This document shows positions 1 to 10,600 of a DNA stretch of 64,000 nucleotides, piece after piece. Under the pieces are notes generated by a model that made no database searches, had not been told where the DNA came from, and was given only the letters and a program-made list of their open reading frames with translations. Each line of letters begins with the position of its first letter. Position 1 is the stretch's first letter. This DNA is from Giardia intestinalis (taxonomy: Eukaryota). The translations under genes were made by a program, and so were the position numbers. The stretch lies in assembly GCA_000002435.2 (NCBI GenBank), contig CM018793.1. One strand, 5' to 3'.

Positions 1-174
1 CTGCGCGGGTCAGATCTGCGTTGTCGGGTCCATCGGGAAGCTCGTTGTACTCGTCCTCGGAAGGGAAGATCGTGCCGCCCTCGGGGTCCATCTGGTCGTC
101 ACCCTCCCGCAAGGGGGAAGGCTCTCTGCCAAGTGTGCCATATAGCAATAGTAAGAATGGTAGAAGTACCGTCA
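1..174 (-). CDS. 5' end of a gene continuing past the window start; N-terminus MTVLLPFLLLLYGTLG... looks like a signal peptide, followed by an acidic stretch
   Basis: ATG at 172-174 (minus) opens a frame that stays open to position 1 with no stop. A hydrophobic N-terminus follows the ATG. AT-rich sequence lies immediately 5' of it, as at other Giardia starts here. It is not in the ORF track because it has no stop inside the window. Confidence 0.3.
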
Positions 175-281
175 TTTTATTTCCGTGGCCGTTCCCGGAG
201 CAGTGGCGCAGGGAGACCTGCAGGGAATCCCGCAGGGAAAGCCGTGGAATAAAAAATTGAGGAGGCTATTTACATTGCATT

Positions 282-1721
282 TTACTCTTCTGCAGAGTAC
301 TTGGACATCCATCCTTCGTGGAAAACCTTCCATCTGGCGAGCAGATCGGTCATTACCTCTTCAGAAGGAAGAATAGTCATACGGAGATGGTAGGTTCCGG
401 GCTTTTGGCCAAACATGCCACCGTCAAGCGTGAAGACTCCTACGCTATCTAGCAGATCCTGGCAGTACAATTGGTCTGGCTCTTTGCCCGCCAACCTCGC
501 TGCTTCAATAGCGGCTGGCGGTGCATGGATTCTGGGGAAAACGTACATTGCCCCAGAAGGCTTACAGCAACTCAGCCCCCTCCAACTGTTCATCTCATGG
601 GATACCATTCTCGCCTTGCGTTGAAGGCTAGTATAGAGAGCGTCGCATTCTCGCTTGAATTTCCAATAAGACGGCTCTCCGGGTCTCGGAGGGTTAACGA
701 TGACATCCATAGCCATCATTCCATCCGTATTAGTTGACCCCAGTGAAATTATGTCCATTATCTGCTCCATAAATTTTGGATTCAAGTTCTCCGCTTGCCA
801 ATAGCCGCCGCGCCGTCCACACTCACCAAAGATGGACTTTGAGGCCGAGTGGATGGAGATCAGCTCAAGGCCTTGACACTCACCCTCGGCGTTAAGCGCG
901 TAGAGAAGCTTTCTGGCGGAGAGGAAAGGAAATTCCTCTGGCTCATAGATATTCGTTTGGTACACCTCGTCAGACATGACCATCATGTCGTTCTTGTATG
1001 CGAAACGGAGAGCGTTCTTTATATCGCTCTCTGTCAGCGTCGAGCCCGTTGGATTGTTCGGATTTATGAGGACAAGACAGCGGGGAGTCAGTCCTTCATC
1101 CTTGCATTGTTGGAGTGCAGCATCCAGAGCCTCCTGTGTAAGAGCCCACTCATTGGATTCGTCCAGGTCATAGCTGACCTCCTTTCCCCCATAGTAAACG
1201 ATCGTGGAGGCGTAAAGGGGGAATCCGGGGCGTGGGCAGAGGATGGCGTCGGTTTCGTTGCGAATTATTGGGCGGAGAAGAGTCATAATTGCCTCAGTGG
1301 CTCCGTTAGCCATGCAGACAGTGGCTGGATTGCACGGAATCTCGTCGCGATCAGAAATATACGCGGCCACGTCATCAACAACGGCAGGAATCCCCGCTGT
1401 CGCCTGGTACGACCCAGAGCTTTTCCCGGAGCACGAATTGAGAATGTGTTTGACACGTAACTCGACGTCTGTGGGCAATACATACTTCCCTATAAGATCT
1501 GGGCAGGCAAATCCGGCTACCATTTGACGAAGGTATGTGACAGGCTTCTGCCCAACACCCTGCGGGTTGCCCAGATTACACTTAATGATGGAGCTAAAGG
1601 GCGCCTGTTTCTGGGCGATTTTCTGCTCGACGCTTGAGAGATCTAGGTTCACCATGGAGAACTTGACATCGAAGAGGCCTTTGTAGCAGGTTTCAGGAGT
1701 CAAAACGGGCTGGTAAGGCAT
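282..1721 (-). CDS. alanine aminotransferase (class I/II aminotransferase)
   Basis: 479-aa ORF carrying the diagnostic ALT motifs LINPNNPTGS and SASKSIFGECGRRGGY (PLP-lysine region), with overall ALT-like architecture. Confidence 0.9.
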   Translation of the reverse strand: MPYQPVLTPETCYKGLFDVKFSMVNLDLSSVEQKIAQKQAPFSSIIKCNLGNPQGVGQKPVTYLRQMVAGFACPDLIGKYVLPTDVELRVKHILNSCSGKSSGSYQATAGIPAVVDDVAAYISDRDEIPCNPATVCMANGATEAIMTLLRPIIRNETDAILCPRPGFPLYASTIVYYGGKEVSYDLDESNEWALTQEALDAALQQCKDEGLTPRCLVLINPNNPTGSTLTESDIKNALRFAYKNDMMVMSDEVYQTNIYEPEEFPFLSARKLLYALNAEGECQGLELISIHSASKSIFGECGRRGGYWQAENLNPKFMEQIMDIISLGSTNTDGMMAMDVIVNPPRPGEPSYWKFKRECDALYTSLQRKARMVSHEMNSWRGLSCCKPSGAMYVFPRIHAPPAAIEAARLAGKEPDQLYCQDLLDSVGVFTLDGGMFGQKPGTYHLRMTILPSEEVMTDLLARWKVFHEGWMSKYSAEE

Positions 1722-1887
1722 TTCTCGAGATGACGATTCTTGATCAATTTGATTTTATTCTTTCATTTTATAACGGAAGAATAAGTCTGACCATGCTATT
1801 GCCGTGATGCCACATCGTCAACTTTTGCGAAAATCTCCAGGAGACGCTCTGTAAGCCCTTGGAGGCGAAAAATTCTTTAATTACAAA

Positions 1888-2469
1888 ATGCCTCTAGAGA
1901 TATCTGGTCGCTTTGCCCCTGTTCGGCCTCCTCCCTATTATACATTGGTGAATGAGGACACTCCTCCCCCAGCTCTCCCGGATGACCCTGGGATCATACG
2001 CCTGATTCCAGAGGATCTCAGATCCGTTGAGCTCCTTCGGGCAAATGATTCTACTTTGATATCGCTCCGTACTGATCCGGAACTGCTCAGAGACGAATTT
2101 CTGGATGTTGTGGATGCCTATCTTGCGGAAATGGTCTTAGCGTTTGATAGCTTATATATGCTGGGGGACATTAGCAACAAACGAAACACTCAGATTTCAC
2201 AGCTCAAAGCGCGCCTCTTGGCTCGCAGGGACGACCTTTGTGCAATGATAGACAAGCTCAGGATACTCCAGGCGATAACGAACACCGAACAGGCACTGAC
2301 CGGCATAATTGAGCAGAAGAGACAGACCATCCATTTACTGCGGGAGCAGAGGCGAAGGATACTAGAGGAAATGCCGGAAAGGTCCTTTGAAGATAAGGAG
2401 CTCCCATCACGATTTTGCCCAAATGAAGGGCAGTTCATTTCGAGTAAGCATCCTTCACCATCCCCCTGA
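1888..2469 (+). CDS. hypothetical protein with a PPPYY motif and a coiled-coil segment
   Basis: 193-aa ORF with non-repetitive composition, divergent from the ALT start. No recognisable domain. Its 3' end overlaps the next minus-strand ORF by 35 nt. Confidence 0.4.
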   Translation: MPLEISGRFAPVRPPPYYTLVNEDTPPPALPDDPGIIRLIPEDLRSVELLRANDSTLISLRTDPELLRDEFLDVVDAYLAEMVLAFDSLYMLGDISNKRNTQISQLKARLLARRDDLCAMIDKLRILQAITNTEQALTGIIEQKRQTIHLLREQRRRILEEMPERSFEDKELPSRFCPNEGQFISSKHPSPSP

Positions 2470-2866
2470 CTTCTGCTGCCGTTATCTTCGAAAATGGAGA
2501 GCAAAAGACCAGTACTGCAAACCCTTCAAACCGAACCATCACGAGACCGAGATGACTTCCCTCACTCACGAGTTGCAGCATATCCGTTTGAACACTTACG
2601 CTAAAGAGCCGAACGCTGGTCCAATCCTTGCTAAAATTTCTGCGAGTGTCTTCTGGAAGGTGTGATAGCGGGAGCAATATGCTGAGCTGGGTAGTCTCGG
2701 GGTCGTTTGAAGAATATGCATTGTGATATTGCAAGGCCACGTCATAGATACCTAGTAAGCTGGACCTGCTAAAGTATCCTCTGTTGTACTCGTCTATTAT
2801 GTTCTTTGCTGACGTAACCACTGCAGCATAGAAGACGCTGGGGGTCTTAGTAAACATGCGGTCCAT
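2435..2866 (-). CDS. hypothetical protein; possibly the C-terminal part of the upstream ERCC4/HhH gene if a frameshift is present
   Basis: 143-aa ORF whose ATG (2864-2866) lies within the last codons of the 2847-3494 ORF in another frame. Composition is protein-like. Confidence 0.3.
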   Translation of the reverse strand: MDRMFTKTPSVFYAAVVTSAKNIIDEYNRGYFSRSSLLGIYDVALQYHNAYSSNDPETTQLSILLPLSHLPEDTRRNFSKDWTSVRLFSVSVQTDMLQLVSEGSHLGLVMVRFEGFAVLVFCSPFSKITAAEVRGMVKDAYSK

Positions 2867-3494
2867 TTTTTGTTGTTACAGAGGATGGGGGCTCGTCGAC
2901 GGCAAAAAGAGTCCGCAGCCTAGAAATTTGTGCGGCTGGGAGAAGACTTGAGAGCTGTGCTGTGTTTTCACTGTGAAGTGCGTCAATAAATCTTCGCAGA
3001 GTAGAGTATTCTCGATGAAGTAACTCTGCTCTCTTTCTCCCTATTCCAGGAATTGCACGAAAAGCCAGCAGCTGCACCGGATACTGAACCTTTTGCCTCA
3101 ACGGTCTTGACGAGCGTATCATCTGATAAAGCTGAGTGCAAAACCTGTGTAGTAATTGTGGCAATTCCTGAATTGTTGTATATACTAGCACCACTTTGGC
3201 TGCTTCTATCTGGACCTGTGTCAAGGGGTCAGTATCCCTAGTGAGTAGAACAATAAATGCATCTCTCTGCTCTATGGGGTCACCTCTTCCTGCCACAAAG
3301 GCGTCTATTGGTGCTCCCTGTAGTGCACACCGCGGGATAATAGAAATGCAGCCCTCAGTTAAATTGCCGTAATCATGGTCAAGAAAGTATTGCTTTACTA
3401 ATTCTAGAGGTATATCGGACAGAAAGGAGGAGTGCATAGAAATTCGTGCGTCAATAAGCATCGATAGACCGGCGCACTTTTTTGTACACAGCAA
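2847..3494 (-). CDS. small XPF/ERCC1-family-like protein: ERCC4-type fold region plus a helix-hairpin-helix motif
   Basis: 215 aa. FRAIPGIGRKRAELLHREYSTLRRFIDAL fits the HhH consensus found at the C-terminus of ERCC1/XPF/Mus81/EME1. Upstream, GDPIEQRDAFIV loosely resembles the degenerate GDx..ERKxxxD nuclease motif of non-catalytic family members. Confidence 0.45.
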   Translation of the reverse strand: MLCTKKCAGLSMLIDARISMHSSFLSDIPLELVKQYFLDHDYGNLTEGCISIIPRCALQGAPIDAFVAGRGDPIEQRDAFIVLLTRDTDPLTQVQIEAAKVVLVYTTIQELPQLLHRFCTQLYQMIRSSRPLRQKVQYPVQLLAFRAIPGIGRKRAELLHREYSTLRRFIDALHSENTAQLSSLLPAAQISRLRTLFAVDEPPSSVTTKNGPHVY

Positions 3495-3522
3495 TCAATC
3501 CATGAGTCAGCTCCTCTTCCAA

Positions 3523-6264
3523 TTAAACACACACCTTGAACTCAACGGCCTGCTTTATAGAGTGAGGTATTATATACTTGACACGGACCCACAGATTGAT
3601 GCCGTTTGCTTTTCCCCTCGGGCTCATAGGATTGAGTGCCTCCAAGTGTGACTCGCCCCTGTTGTGTGGACGAATAGGAATGGGTGTCGTGAGCTCAGCA
3701 GTGTCGCTCTCACTAAGCTGTGAGGTAGAGTGGGACTTGCTTCCTTCTTTCTCCGTGCCAGAAACGATTTCTAGCAACTGAGTAATGGGTGGCTTCAATG
3801 GTCCGGTAACATCTCCACTGGGGTCTTCCATGCAAACCTTACACGTCTTTGGTACGGAGTACTGGATGCGTGCTGTCAATAGATTGGACACTGCATACAA
3901 CGAGAGCTGCAACTTCACAGGCCCTGTGTCCGGACTGTGTACATCATCATTAGTACTGAGCCTAGAGGACCTAGACTCTACTGCTTCATCTGAACCCTTA
4001 ACAATCTTCATTATGTATACTTTTAGATCATCATTAACAAAGACGGGTGAAATAGAAGCTGAATCTTCCCTTTGGGAGCTCCGCTGCGCTGCTTGTCCTG
4101 CATGATCAAGTGTCACTATGCGCTCAAGGGTCGGTTCTGCTCCTAGCGCGCTCAGTGTGATGTCTGTATTGGGGTTTTGTTCAACAGAAGACTTGGATGG
4201 TTGGACACTGTGTGGTATGTGCATGAACAGAGAAGGATTGGTGTAGCGTTTTGTGCTCTTGATGTTGGGTGGAGTGAGGGTTAAGTTTGGCACTGAAGCC
4301 AATGTATAGCGGAGAGATGGGTGTAGGAGGATGTGCTTTAATTGTAAGATTGTCATTAGAATGAGTGGAGAGACTGTTCGCTTAATAGAATCATAGTACT
4401 CCATCACTTGCTTCCTCGCTGACTCACTTAGTTCTGCCAAGAATGCCAGTGATCGCGCAGCTGTCAGCTTGAGGGTAGTTGCTTCATCAGTGTCTGGCAT
4501 ACAGAAGATGTACTGACATAGCTTGAAACTAAAGTCAAAGTCGATGTCAGACAGGATGCTATTTTGGCTAGCAGTATTTGTACCAACATTTTCTAATTGT
4601 AGAATGTACGAGATTGATAATAAATAAGTATCCACTAGAGCAGTAATTTTCCCGTTATGAACACTCTCGAGCATCGCTTCCTTGTGTGCTGCAAATGCAT
4701 CGATGAAGTGTTTCTTGTCTGCTACTGTGGCATCTGATCGCGAGATTGTAGCAATAATAGCCTGTGCCAGAGCATTGTTACACCCCTCTGTAATGAGAAG
4801 AATTAGTCTAAGCAGGTAGTCAAATCCATCGCACGGAGAAAGAACGGAAAGAAGGACAATGTCTCTTATAGAGTTAGCAAAATCAATCCTATTGATCTTG
4901 ATAACCGGGTCCTTCTCAATGTACTTAAAAAGATCAGCAATATAACCTCTAATATCCTTCTTGTGGACAAGCAGCAGAAGTAAGTCCAGCGCCCGCTTAC
5001 GTACGGCCGGATTCTGTCGCTTGAGCAGTTGGGAGAACTTTTTAAACTTCGTATCTGAGTCTAGCCCAGCCGTTTGCTTTTTGTGTAGGACAAAGTTTTT
5101 CAATGACTCTAGAGCTGTACAGGATATGAGATCTGAGTAGTCAGTCACCGCTTCCAATAACAGTCGCATGAAGCTCATGACTAGGTTTGGCAATGCCTCC
5201 TCCTCGGGTATTGTTTCGGATAAGTGAGCCGTTTTCTCGAAGAAAAATGAATCTGGGATTTCAGAGAAAAGCGTAAAGACTTGGGCGCAGATGCTCAGGC
5301 CGATGTTGCGGCTTACTGTGGTTGATGAGCACTTCTCTAGTATGCTACTGAACACGGATAAAAAGTATCTCCTTAAGGACGGTAGCGTGTCAAGGAAGAT
5401 TGTACAATTGTAGCTGAATGCAGCTCTAATGGCGCGCCCCAGGAAGCGCAGGATTGCCTGCTGGAGAAGAGGATCACAAAACCCACCAACATTGTGGTCT
5501 GGAAAAGTCGTCACCGCACAGAGCTTGTTGAGAACCTTCAGAAGATGGTAGATTTTGTGCGCTAGCTTATGAATTAGTTCCTCATTTGCGCTCAGAATAA
5601 TTATGCCCAACTCACAACCGGCCAATACCACGGAGTGGGCCTTGTCAGAGAGGGATGCAGAACAGACATCTACGAATCGTGGTGAGAGATCTGGACAGGC
5701 CTGTAGGATGGCGCAGGCGGCCATGATTGCTTTCTTACGTAGGTAAATACTAGACCCGCCGGAAATGAGCTCATAGACACGAGTGCTAAAGACGGGCGCT
5801 GCCTCCTTGGAGCATATGGTGCATATAGTAGTCAGAGCAAGCGACACCTTGTAGTGCGTGCTCACGTTGTCCTCCACAAGATCTTTGGCCAGGGCGTTGG
5901 TTGTCAGGCTGAAGAGCTGGGTGGCTTCTGCATAGCTGAGTGTCAATGCCAGATAAGCTATGCGCTTTTCCGCATGCATCTTGGCGACGCTACATAGTGT
6001 GCACATGTGTACATATCCCCAGGAAACGTTAAAACCCCATAAGTACGCACACGTCATCTTGGCGACCAACTGAGCGAGTTCATCTGTCCTTGGCTTCTTT
6101 AGCTCCGCCCTGACATTTGCTAGCTCTACCTCTATAACTTCGCGCATCTGGGTAGACGTTCGCGACGTGCGAACTCTGCGAATGAAGTTGCTAAGCTCCA
6201 TAATAAAGATATCAAATGTTTTTGTGGACAGTTGCGCTACTAGCAGTTCTGTCAGTGTCTCCAA
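3523..6264 (-). CDS. adaptor-protein complex large subunit, alpha/gamma-adaptin type (AP-2 alpha-like)
   Basis: 913 aa. The N-terminal adaptin trunk matches alpha/gamma adaptins: ...IRRVRTSRTSTQMREVIEVELANVRAELKK (alpha: INKELANIRSKFK), MHAEKRIAYLALTLS (KRIGYL), and IYLRKKAIMAACAILQACPDL (YLRKKAALC..R..PDL). A long helical solenoid and a C-terminal appendage-length tail follow. Confidence 0.75.
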   Translation of the reverse strand: METLTELLVAQLSTKTFDIFIMELSNFIRRVRTSRTSTQMREVIEVELANVRAELKKPRTDELAQLVAKMTCAYLWGFNVSWGYVHMCTLCSVAKMHAEKRIAYLALTLSYAEATQLFSLTTNALAKDLVEDNVSTHYKVSLALTTICTICSKEAAPVFSTRVYELISGGSSIYLRKKAIMAACAILQACPDLSPRFVDVCSASLSDKAHSVVLAGCELGIIILSANEELIHKLAHKIYHLLKVLNKLCAVTTFPDHNVGGFCDPLLQQAILRFLGRAIRAAFSYNCTIFLDTLPSLRRYFLSVFSSILEKCSSTTVSRNIGLSICAQVFTLFSEIPDSFFFEKTAHLSETIPEEEALPNLVMSFMRLLLEAVTDYSDLISCTALESLKNFVLHKKQTAGLDSDTKFKKFSQLLKRQNPAVRKRALDLLLLLVHKKDIRGYIADLFKYIEKDPVIKINRIDFANSIRDIVLLSVLSPCDGFDYLLRLILLITEGCNNALAQAIIATISRSDATVADKKHFIDAFAAHKEAMLESVHNGKITALVDTYLLSISYILQLENVGTNTASQNSILSDIDFDFSFKLCQYIFCMPDTDEATTLKLTAARSLAFLAELSESARKQVMEYYDSIKRTVSPLILMTILQLKHILLHPSLRYTLASVPNLTLTPPNIKSTKRYTNPSLFMHIPHSVQPSKSSVEQNPNTDITLSALGAEPTLERIVTLDHAGQAAQRSSQREDSASISPVFVNDDLKVYIMKIVKGSDEAVESRSSRLSTNDDVHSPDTGPVKLQLSLYAVSNLLTARIQYSVPKTCKVCMEDPSGDVTGPLKPPITQLLEIVSGTEKEGSKSHSTSQLSESDTAELTTPIPIRPHNRGESHLEALNPMSPRGKANGINLWVRVKYIIPHSIKQAVEFKVCV

Positions 6265-6353
6265 CAGGCCTTCTCAGACCAGGAAAGAAGGTACCCAGTT
6301 CAATTCTTGATAAATCAATACTTTCTCCTCCGTCTTACCAATTGCCTCTGCCC

Positions 6354-7520
6354 ATGCATAAGGTTGAGACCGCAGAGATGACTGTTTCTGTAGACCACGG
6401 TGGTGTGCATACCTTTCTCCCTTCAGACTCTTTTCCTCCAATGATCCATAGCGCACTGGTCATTGTTGTGTATGGAAGTGAGGTGTTTCAGAATATTATT
6501 TTCACGCACCTGGCCCATCTGAAAAGCTGTCCATCGCACTATGCAAGTAGAATTCCAATAATCACAGTAGTTCCGGACAAGCTTGAAGATATCACAAGTT
6601 TACAGCTGGAACAGGCCCTCGCTCATCGTACTCGCATTATCGTAGTCTCCGTTTATGAGCCAGACTCGCCCTATATCTCATTCCACGATTCGACCAGCTC
6701 TCAGATCCTTCTGAACCCCCTACTATTCCCTGAACTTTCAAGCCATCCAAACAGTGAGCTCTACAACTACGTTCATTCGCACATTGCACATGGGACGTAC
6801 TTCACCCAGAGGCCGCTAGCTCCTCCACCAAAAGTTGTCATGTCTAAACGGCATGCAATCATAGAGCACATAAGCATCATGTTGTCTACGCCCAACCAGT
6901 CTGTACCTAAATTCATACACTATCTAAGCTCGCTTGTGGCGCTCCAGGACCACCAGTCAGAGCATGGCCATAGACACTACGTGGCGCTGTGTCCTCGAAC
7001 ACGCATAGAACATCAAAAGCGAATTGCACTGTTCTTTCCGTTTAACCTCTGGGTATTGGCTGGGGCTGGCATAGCATATAGCCACTACCAAAGCCGCTAC
7101 TGGAATCAAAGGCTCTATCTTAGCACTTTATTTCTTCTTGCTAGTGCGCCATTGGGTCCTGTGCTATTTTCTAGAGCATTAGCCATATATGCATCCATTA
7201 ATCTAAAGACACACAAGTTCCCTAGATGTGTAGCCCACAACCACCTATATCTAATCAGCCTTGGAGCCATTGTCCTATCCATTCAAGTAGATATAGCGAC
7301 TAGGTTAAGTGTTTGTCTTCCCCTAGTCATTTTGCTTAATATGATATGCGAGACTATACAATTTCTTCTCCAGCAAAAGCATGGAGAAAGAAATCATCAT
7401 GGCAGAGCCGGTAAAATATCATTTATGCATTCATTGCCTTGCTCTGCTGGAATTTTACAGTTGGTTAAAGACCACATATCTCCGAGTTTCCTCTGCAAGA
7501 AGCTGTGCACCGGGCCATAA
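6354..7520 (+). CDS. hypothetical protein with hydrophobic (membrane-spanning-like) C-terminal half
   Basis: The track ORF starts at 6216 but overlaps the adaptin start codon; the first internal ATG at 6354 gives a clean divergent arrangement. Several predicted TM segments in the C-terminal third. No recognisable domain. Confidence 0.4.
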   Translation: MHKVETAEMTVSVDHGGVHTFLPSDSFPPMIHSALVIVVYGSEVFQNIIFTHLAHLKSCPSHYASRIPIITVVPDKLEDITSLQLEQALAHRTRIIVVSVYEPDSPYISFHDSTSSQILLNPLLFPELSSHPNSELYNYVHSHIAHGTYFTQRPLAPPPKVVMSKRHAIIEHISIMLSTPNQSVPKFIHYLSSLVALQDHQSEHGHRHYVALCPRTRIEHQKRIALFFPFNLWVLAGAGIAYSHYQSRYWNQRLYLSTLFLLASAPLGPVLFSRALAIYASINLKTHKFPRCVAHNHLYLISLGAIVLSIQVDIATRLSVCLPLVILLNMICETIQFLLQQKHGERNHHGRAGKISFMHSLPCSAGILQLVKDHISPSFLCKKLCTGP

Positions 7521-7619
7521 AGCAGCCGTGACCGAGCAGAGAGGAGAGGTAATACTCTGGCGACAATTGGTGACTCATAAAAATTAACCACATTCATAAA
7601 AACACGCGTAACAATTTCC

Positions 7620-10600
7620 ATGTCCGCTTTGGAGCGCGGCCTGCATTCTCGGCACTTGAGGGACGGGGCCTCCAGGAACCGCGATAATAGCATTTTTTAT
7701 GATACAATGAGTTGCGTTGAACGACCTCAACGCATTCGGAACCACCCTCATAAAAAGCAATCAAAACAGAGCCACGGCGCGCGGGCTCAGACGTCCTATT
7801 CATTTTATCAGGATGATCGTCGGCCAAACAGATATGCCCATCAACGGACATCTTATACTATCCATTCCGATTCAGATGACTCTTATATATATTCTGAGCT
7901 GGATGACCGGACTGACAACGAAAACTACGACGCACCGCACCCAGATCGTACGATGCATTATAACAAGGACTTTAAGGCCTTCTGCACAGAGATAGCACAG
8001 TACGTCGTTGAGGCCTGTACACGATCTGCCATCCAAAGCAGTAGCATGTATGTTGACACGGCATCGTCGATTCTATCTGCTAGCCCGGACGATGGGATGG
8101 ATGATCGAGCCCCTGCTTCATCAAAGGGTCATGCCAGCTCTCGTCGCGCTCTTCTCCACGGTGAGTTTGCGCGAAATAGTAGGCTGACCAAAAGTCAAGA
8201 TAAGCTCCAGTCTATCAATGAGATTTTTTCTGGTTCTCATCGGGGAGCTCATTACAGTAAAGGCAAGGACAATACTCATCACAATGGCCGTTACACTTAT
8301 CAACAGAATCCTCTTGCTGCGCCTACAGCTAAGCGGGGCATGGCTCAGTTGGAGTCTTCTCCACTAAGAACACAACACGGTGCTGCCAGGAGCCCTAATG
8401 CAAAGGCCTTAGGAGACGACAGCATCAACAGTCCACGGGCACTCCAAACTAGAATTTCTAAGAGATCTAGGCCCGATAAACAAGGATCAGAAGCAGCTAT
8501 TCGTCGGCTTGTTGTTGAGCCTTTTCCGGCAGAGCCGCCAGACAGTCAGCGTGCCATGCCTCATCACGCCTCACAAAAAGTCAGAAGAACCCAGCCCACG
8601 AGTGCGCATCTAGAGTCTCAGACAGTAGTATTCAGTGCAGAAGACAATCATCTGCATTCAGTCGATAGCTCTGCGAGTGACAACAACGATTCATTTGTAT
8701 CCGATTCAAATACAGATTCATCAACATATTCTAATAGGGAGGATGGGATAAATTATGTTCCCATGAAGAAACTGTCATCAAATATGAAAGAAGACAATAA
8801 TGTCACATCAGTTGCGGTTGCTGCAGCCAACGCCTTCTCATGCATATCTGAAGGGCGAGAAAGGAAGGCATCTAAGAAGCAATCTTTAGTAGACGCCCGA
8901 GCGATTTCTTCTCATCTGCCATCAGATGACGATATAAAGGCTGCAGCCTCTCAAAAGAACGGTATTAAAGAAGCCTTTGTTCATGATAGTCTGGTCCCCT
9001 GTGCCTCTGCTGATCAACAACTTGCTGCAATTGGGGGGAGTTCGTTGTATACCGAGCTCAAATCAGTTAATTTTAACAAACAGGCTATATCAGTGAGGCT
9101 TGTGGAAATCACCAATGATTTTCGGCGTTACAAGAGTGAGATTGCAAAGCAGTTTGCTGAATTGCAAGAGATTGTGGCCTCGATGTCTACTCAGATCAAA
9201 ATGTTAGAGTGCACGATAAACGGTCTTCAGATAGGCGTACATGCCCAGCCATCGTTTGCGCGTGGTAGCGGAATCTTTTGGCATGATTCACTGATCCACA
9301 AAGATCACTCCGCCGCCGCTGGACGCTCATCCGGAACGGGGGCCAACAGCGTTATGCAGTATCCAAAGATAATCAGTACCCCTCTAATAGATCCTGCCAG
9401 AAGCTCTTGCAGCTCTACTCAGATGGTCTCTCGGTCCCCAGAGCCTATAGACGTTATGAGGTCAGAACACAAGCCGCCCATGGTGCCCTCATTTCATGCA
9501 GGGGCTACAGACGTGATGGGAAGATGCGACTTACGGAACTATGTGCTATCCACGGACGGGCAATCAGAATCAGTGCACGACTCTGTTAGCTCTCAGACAG
9601 AACCAAATTCCCTTTCTATTGTCCAGATGGGTGATGAGAAGATATCAGCTCTAACAGCCAGCCAGATTAGTAAAGAAAAGAAACGGAAACACCATACGTC
9701 GTCAAAATGCGAGCCTAGGGACAGCATTGGTGTAACTATATCGCCTCTATCTGCCGCAGCAGAGGTCTTAGACAGAAAAAGTGGGCTAAGTGATATGGCT
9801 GCTCCATCGGCACGGAAGCACACACGCTCGTCCATACAGGACTTCATAAAAGAGGCTTCTTCTACACGTGAGAAAAGCCCAAGCAGAAATCCTTCTCTTT
9901 GCCAGAACAGCACGGCATCCTATGTAGAAGATATGGACATACACAATGAGGATCCTGCTGTAATTGGTCCTGAGGCCCCAGTCTCAGGAATTTCCACGGA
10001 CGATCCTGAACGGACCGGGGACACTAAGTCCACCTCACGCCGATCTCATAGAACAGGAGGTATAGAATTTAGCGATAGGGGAGATACTCAAGATCAGACA
10101 GGCTACGCGTCAACCTATGAGGCAAGTGACATACATAAATCAGGTAAGTCTAAACCCCGTGAGCGAAGGCAGCGGAAGTCCAAGAGTCACTCTAATTCTA
10201 CTAAAGATTACCAAGGGAATGAGGAAGCATCTTACTCACAGTCTATATTGTCTGAGCAACTTGTCTCTATGAATATTTTAGGAGCCAATATGGTGCAACC
10301 AGAGCTTGAGGTCCCACTGAACCAGAGCGATACTCCAATTCACCCGTACCTACTGAGCCATCCAGATAGTGCCGAGCACGCTGCTACTCTGGATCCTTCC
10401 AACTATGGTCTTATCGAAAAGTTGTTTGTATCTGATCTGTCTCGCAGTCCCAGTATCTTCAATGATGACACTGAATTTATGATTGTTGAAACAATTGAAA
10501 TAGTGCAGTCAATCTATATTCTTCCTGGGCTCAGAAATAATAAGCTTACTACCTGGTCTACCGCGTGCAGAACGCTAGGGAACCTGATGATCAACACTGA

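Noticed and set aside
6216-6353. Upstream extension of the 6216-7520 ORF
   Set aside because: It would overlap the adaptin start codon region on the opposite strand. The internal ATG at 6354 gives a conventional divergent arrangement.
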